Shown in pieces: positions 60,145 through 64,000 of a stretch of 64,000 bases of DNA. Every line of letters begins with the position of its first letter. Position 1 is the stretch's first letter. The stretch is from Thermoplasmata archaeon. Lineage in GTDB: Archaea > Thermoplasmatota > Thermoplasmata > Lutacidiplasmatales > UBA184. The DNA lies in NCBI GenBank assembly GCA_035504595.1, contig DATJRQ010000004.1:33613-97612 (forward strand), given 5' to 3'. The notes below the pieces were generated by a model. It ran no database searches. It saw nothing but the letters and a program-made list of their open reading frames with translations, and was not told the DNA's origin. Made by a program: the position numbers and the translations under genes.

Positions 60145-60726
60145 ATGGCCAAGTCAGCGCCCGACCCCACGAAGTCGGAGGAGGGCCCGGAAGGATTTCG
60201 GGTCGCACGCGGAACTCCGCCCGGTCGCCACCCGCTGCTCGATGTGTTCCCGGGCCTCGACGCCCTCCCCCTGGCCAAGCGGCTCGAGCCGAACGCTCGG
60301 AAGCGGGCGAGGCTGTTCCGCGCAACCTGCGTCGAGGTCGTCGACCAGGACATGTGGATGTACGTCGCGCCGTCCGAAGTGCCTGAGATCTCCCGCGGGC
60401 GGTGGAAGCCCGTCGTCTCGCCCGACACGGACTGCATCGTGGTGGGCAAGGCGCACCTCGACGAGAGCCCGCCGTTGATGCTGTTCATGGACATCTATCA
60501 CGAGCTCTGCCACGTTCGCCAGCGTCAGGGCGGCGCCAACCTCTGGGAACCGGGCGTGAGCTACGTCAAGCGATGGACCGAGATCGAGGCGTACCGGCTC
60601 GTCATCGAGGAGGCCCGGGCGCTCGGGGTCTCGGACGATTTCCTCCGCGAGTACCTCAAGGTCGAGTGGATCTCCGAAAAGGAACACCGCGAGCTGCTCG
60701 CCGAGCTGAACGTTCCGGCCCGATAG
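60145..60726 (+). CDS. hypothetical HExxH-motif protein (putative zinc metallopeptidase-like)
   Basis: Starts at the inner ATG 60145 of track ORF 59905..60726, giving 193 aa. Contains MLFMDIYHELCHVRQ and a downstream EIEAY. A TTTATCTA box lies at 60115-60122, 23 nt before the ATG. Confidence 0.65.
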   Translation: MAKSAPDPTKSEEGPEGFRVARGTPPGRHPLLDVFPGLDALPLAKRLEPNARKRARLFRATCVEVVDQDMWMYVAPSEVPEISRGRWKPVVSPDTDCIVVGKAHLDESPPLMLFMDIYHELCHVRQRQGGANLWEPGVSYVKRWTEIEAYRLVIEEARALGVSDDFLREYLKVEWISEKEHRELLAELNVPAR

Positions 60727-60837
60727 ATCGGGGCCCGAGCGCCGGTCCTCGGGGCCCGGCGCCTGCCGAAGGAACGCCGCCTTTATCCTCCGACCCCCAG
60801 AATCGTCGCGTTACCCCGGGGTTCCCGTCGCTCGTCT

Positions 60838-62247
60838 ATGGACATCAAGGCGAAGGCGAACATTCGACCGTCGTCGAGCGACCTTTGGTTCCTCGCGTAC
60901 CTTCCGCTCGCGATCTCGGACGGGATCGCCGCGCCGCTGATCCCGCTGCTCGCCCTCCAGAAATTCTCGGCGTCGGCGTTCGCGGTCACGATCATCATCG
61001 CGGCGTCGGCGATGAGCCAGGTCCCGTTCACGATCCTCTGGGGCAACCTGTCGGACCGGGTCGCCCACCGGAAGTACTTCCTGGTGGGTTCGTTCGTCGC
61101 GACCGGACTGTCGATCGTCGCGATCGCGCTCGCGACGAACATCCTGACGTATTTCTGGCTCAACATCGTGGAGGGGCTCGCCTCCGCCGCGAGCGCGCCG
61201 ATCGGGACGATGCTGCTCCTCGAGACGCGCCACAAGCGCTGGTGGCCGACGGACATCGGTCTGTTCGGTCTCATCTCCGGGCTCGGCACGACCGTCGGGC
61301 TCGGTCTGGGGTTCATCTGGCTGTTCGTCGTCGGCGTCAACCAGAATGTCATCCACGGGATGACGGCCCTGCTCATCCTGGCGGGGATCCTCGCGCTCCT
61401 CTCCGCCGGGATCGCCTGGGCCTGGATCGAGGAACCCCTGGGGCGGCTGGAGCGCCGGACCGTGGCCGACCTGCTCCACCTGCAGCGGGGCGTGACCGAG
61501 CGAGTCCGCCAGATCAAGACCCGCGTCGTCGGCGTGATCGACCTTACCCGGTCGAGCGCCGAGCGGCTGCCCGCGAAGGAGTACCTGTTCCTTGCCGCGC
61601 TCGGCGTCATGAGCGTCGGGTTCGACATCTTCTACGGGCCGTTCCCCGTCTTCCTCTGGCAGGACGCCCGCTTCACCGACGCGGGGGTCTTCATCGTCTA
61701 CCTCGGCGCCGCCGCGGCCTCGACCGCGCTCTTCTTCCACTCCGGCAAGGCCGTCGACAACCACTCGCCCAAGGGCGTCTTCCTCGAATCGCTCGGCGCC
61801 CGCGTGGCGCTGATGCTGTTATTCCTGTGGGGCCCGCTCTACATCCTGTTCGGCCTCGGGAGCCCCGCGCTGCTCGCATGGCTCACGGTGCTGAACGCAC
61901 TACTCGGGGTCAGTTGGGCGTTCATTTCGACGGCGAGCACGCTGTTCCTGGTCCGCCTGGTCGGACGCTCGGCGCGGGGCCGGGCGCTGGGGCTGTACAG
62001 TGCCGTGGCGGGCGCCGGCGGCCTCCTGGGCACGCTCCTCGGGGGCTGGCTCTACGCCACCTACGGGGTCCACCTCGCCTACTCGATCGCCGCTTTCACG
62101 GTCGTCGTCGGCGGGATCCTGCTGCTCCCCATCCCGTACCACATCTTCCAGGTGCCCAAGCCATCGACCCATCGGGCCCCCCTCGCTCGGAGCACTCGCG
62201 CCACGGTGCCGCGCCCGCCCCGTCCGCCCCCCCGAGAGTTCCGGTAG
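60838..62247 (+). CDS. MFS transporter
   Basis: 469 aa with ~12 TM helices and the loop motif GNLSDRVAHRKYF. Confidence 0.8.
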   Translation: MDIKAKANIRPSSSDLWFLAYLPLAISDGIAAPLIPLLALQKFSASAFAVTIIIAASAMSQVPFTILWGNLSDRVAHRKYFLVGSFVATGLSIVAIALATNILTYFWLNIVEGLASAASAPIGTMLLLETRHKRWWPTDIGLFGLISGLGTTVGLGLGFIWLFVVGVNQNVIHGMTALLILAGILALLSAGIAWAWIEEPLGRLERRTVADLLHLQRGVTERVRQIKTRVVGVIDLTRSSAERLPAKEYLFLAALGVMSVGFDIFYGPFPVFLWQDARFTDAGVFIVYLGAAAASTALFFHSGKAVDNHSPKGVFLESLGARVALMLLFLWGPLYILFGLGSPALLAWLTVLNALLGVSWAFISTASTLFLVRLVGRSARGRALGLYSAVAGAGGLLGTLLGGWLYATYGVHLAYSIAAFTVVVGGILLLPIPYHIFQVPKPSTHRAPLARSTRATVPRPPRPPPREFR

Positions 62248-62254
62248 GCGCGTC

Positions 62255-62737
62255 TCAGGCCGAGTAGAACATTTCCCACGCGAGCGTCCGGATGACGTAT
62301 CCGAGCGCGAGATTCGCGAGGAACGGCTCGAGCTCGGGCGGATACTGGTCGACCTTGCAGGAGCGGAACCCGCACTGGCCGACCGCCATCGGTTCGGTGC
62401 CCCGGAGGACCACGAACCGCCCGGTCAACCGCTCGTTGATCGTGTACTTCACGCCGCGGTACTCGATCGTCATCGGCCCGAGGGCGCTCGAGACCGTCTT
62501 CCAGCTCTGACCCCCGACGTGGATGCGGATCTCATCGTTCTTCCTCGAGTAGGCGACCGTCGAGTGCACTTCGTTCGATTGCGGGGGCACGTAGGTGTGA
62601 TACTCCGTGGAGAACAGGGCGGCGATCTTGCTGCCGATCCCTTCCTGCTCGGATTGCACCGGACGGCAGTTCCAGGTGGTGTCGCCGACCTTGATCTCCA
62701 CGACGTTCTTGAGGATTCGAGCCGTCGCCTCAATCAT
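62255..62737 (-). CDS. hypothetical protein (160 aa, beta-rich, no recognised motif)
   Basis: The ATG start and the composition (not Arg/Pro/Gly-skewed) argue for a real gene. It looks lower in GC than its neighbours by eye. Confidence 0.65.
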   Translation of the reverse strand: MIEATARILKNVVEIKVGDTTWNCRPVQSEQEGIGSKIAALFSTEYHTYVPPQSNEVHSTVAYSRKNDEIRIHVGGQSWKTVSSALGPMTIEYRGVKYTINERLTGRFVVLRGTEPMAVGQCGFRSCKVDQYPPELEPFLANLALGYVIRTLAWEMFYSA

Positions 62738-62775
62738 CGGGCGTCTTCCGGCGGACGACCCCTCTCGTATTAATC

Positions 62776-64000
62776 ATGGCCCGAGTCGGCCGTTCCGTGT
62801 TGGATAACCGCTGGTCGCCGCCGCCGGGCGAACAGCGCATCGGGCTCGGATTCTACGCCACGTCCGCGCCGGGGGTGGCGGGGCGGCTCAAGCTGTCCCC
62901 CGAGGAGTTCCGTGTCACGGAGATCTCGAGCTACCCGCTCCCGGACCCGGAAGGGCTGTTTGTCGTTCTGCGGGTCTCGAGCCGGGACTGGGAGCAGCAC
63001 GAACTCGCCTCGGCGATCGGCCGTCGGGTCGGTGTCCCGCCGCACGCGGTGAAGTGGGCCGGCACGAAGGACCGGCGGGCCGTCGCGGAGCGGCTCTTCT
63101 CGTACCGCGGTGCACTCCCGGAGGGAGGCCTCGGACTGCGGGACGTCACCGTACTCGACGCCTACCGGGCGCGCGACGGTCTGGTGCTCGGCCACCACTA
63201 CGGGAACGCGTTCGACCTCACCGTGGGGGAGCTCCCCCTTGGGATCGCCGAGGTCGTCGAGGCGTACCGCGCCGTCGAGTCGGAGCTGCGCCGCACCGGG
63301 GGATGCCCGAACTTCTTCGGCCCCCAGCGGTTCGGGGAAGTACGGCCCATCACCCAGGAGGTCGGGCGATGGGTCGTACGGGGCGATATCGCACGAGCCG
63401 TCGAGGTGTACCTGGTCGACCGTCCGGGCGACGGGGTTCCCGGCGCCGGCGATGCGGCACGGCGCTCGTACGCCGAACACCACGACCCGGTCCGCGCGCT
63501 GCGCGAGTTTCCCCGAGAGTACCGCTTCGAGCGAACACTCCTCGAATCGCTCGCCCGGGGCCAATCTCCGGAACGCGCCTTCCACGCCCTCTCCCGGGAC
63601 CTCCGAACGCTGTTCGTGCACGCCTTTCAGGCGCTGATCTTCAACCGGTGGCTCGTCGCGCGCCACGGAGCGGGCCTTCCGTTGGACCGACCGGTGGAAG
63701 GCGACCAGATCGTGCGCCTCGCTCGCGACGGTACCGTACGGGGCCCCGAATCCGTCCCCGTGGGTGCGGACAATCTTCGGGAATGTTCCGAGCTGGTCGA
63801 CCGGGGCCGCGCCCGGGTCGCCGGGCCGCTCGTGGGGTACGGCACCCCGTCCGAACCGGGGGTTCCCGGAGTGCTCCTCGAGGGCGTGCTCCGGGACGAG
63901 GGAGTGGACCGGCCGATGTTCCAGACGCCGCGGACACCCGAAGTCGCAAGCCGCGGCGCGTGGCGTGCGATCGTCGTGCCCACTCCGCCGATCGCGATCT
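62776..64000 (+). CDS. truD: tRNA pseudouridine(13) synthase TruD/Pus7, 5' portion (continues past the window end)
   Basis: Hand translation from ATG 62776 gives EQRIGLGFYATSAPGVAGRLKLSPEEFRVTEI, the catalytic motif GTKDRRAV, and CPNFFGPQRFG. It is absent from the ORF track because it has no stop in the window. Track ORF 62770..63666(-) is its shadow. Confidence 0.85.
   Translation, partial: MARVGRSVLDNRWSPPPGEQRIGLGFYATSAPGVAGRLKLSPEEFRVTEISSYPLPDPEGLFVVLRVSSRDWEQHELASAIGRRVGVPPHAVKWAGTKDRRAVAERLFSYRGALPEGGLGLRDVTVLDAYRARDGLVLGHHYGNAFDLTVGELPLGIAEVVEAYRAVESELRRTGGCPNFFGPQRFGEVRPITQEVGRWVVRGDIARAVEVYLVDRPGDGVPGAGDAARRSYAEHHDPVRALREFPREYRFERTLLESLARGQSPERAFHALSRDLRTLFVHAFQALIFNRWLVARHGAGLPLDRPVEGDQIVRLARDGTVRGPESVPVGADNLRECSELVDRGRARVAGPLVGYGTPSEPGVPGVLLEGVLRDEGVDRPMFQTPRTPEVASRGAWRAIVVPTPPIAI

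Noticed and set aside
58525-60726. An XRE-HTH protein plus an HExxH protein considered as an ImmA/IrrE-type regulator-protease pair or toxin-antitoxin-like module.
   Set aside because: The two genes are separated by an oppositely oriented S58 peptidase gene. The HTH protein is a CBS-domain fusion rather than a small antitoxin-like repressor, and the HExxH context does not match ImmA by eye.
1-64000. A search for CRISPR repeats, rRNA, transposases/integrases, phage genes, C/D-box sRNAs (RUGAUGA...CUGA) and known defence genes.
   Set aside because: No regularly spaced direct repeats, no IS or integrase-like ORFs and no rRNA-like segments were found. All TGATGA occurrences I found lie inside coding regions. 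Nothing resembling known defence-system components was seen.

Overview
Very GC-rich, gene-dense chromosomal segment from an archaeon: about 60 CDS and 2 tRNA genes, with short intergenic gaps and many 4-nt start/stop overlaps. Archaeal hallmarks are a thermosome, sn-glycerol-1-phosphate dehydrogenase, Hel308, an smc-scpA-scpB operon, archaeal-type LeuRS, Nog1 GTPase, TruD/Pus7, UPF0179 and an HVO_0476-like zinc finger. This gene set suggests a euryarchaeal or Thermoplasmatota-like lineage, but that is inference only. Content is mostly housekeeping and metabolism. It includes a glycosyltransferase/epimerase cluster, a DtxR-regulated metal ABC transporter operon, a gcvPA-gcvPB-peptidase-PFK-mtnA operon and a B12-type radical SAM enzyme, plus transporters and a few orphan proteins. 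I saw no rRNA, CRISPR array, transposase, integrase or recognisable defence or toxin-antitoxin system, and I cannot point to a clearly novel multi-gene system. The most unusual observations are as follows. (1) Both tRNA genes carry ~33-nt introns at non-canonical positions (D-loop in tRNA-Pro, T-loop in tRNA-Asp). (2) An IMPase-like gene and the NAD kinase gene are separated by a single frame step at a G7 homopolymer, and one extra G would recreate an MJ0917-type bifunctional enzyme. (3) A metal ABC permease is fused to an extra ~210-aa multi-TM domain. (4) A sequon-rich, membrane-anchored S53 protease ends in a cytoplasmic zinc ribbon, a tail architecture shared with a small membrane protein elsewhere in the window. 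(5) Several small ORFs and two edge-truncated genes (hel308, truD) are absent from the ORF track. Many long track ORFs are GC-driven shadow ORFs (Arg/Pro/Gly-rich, antisense or out of frame to real genes). Coordinates of features not in the ORF track were derived by hand and may be off by 1-2 nt. Family names come from motif recognition by eye, not from searches.
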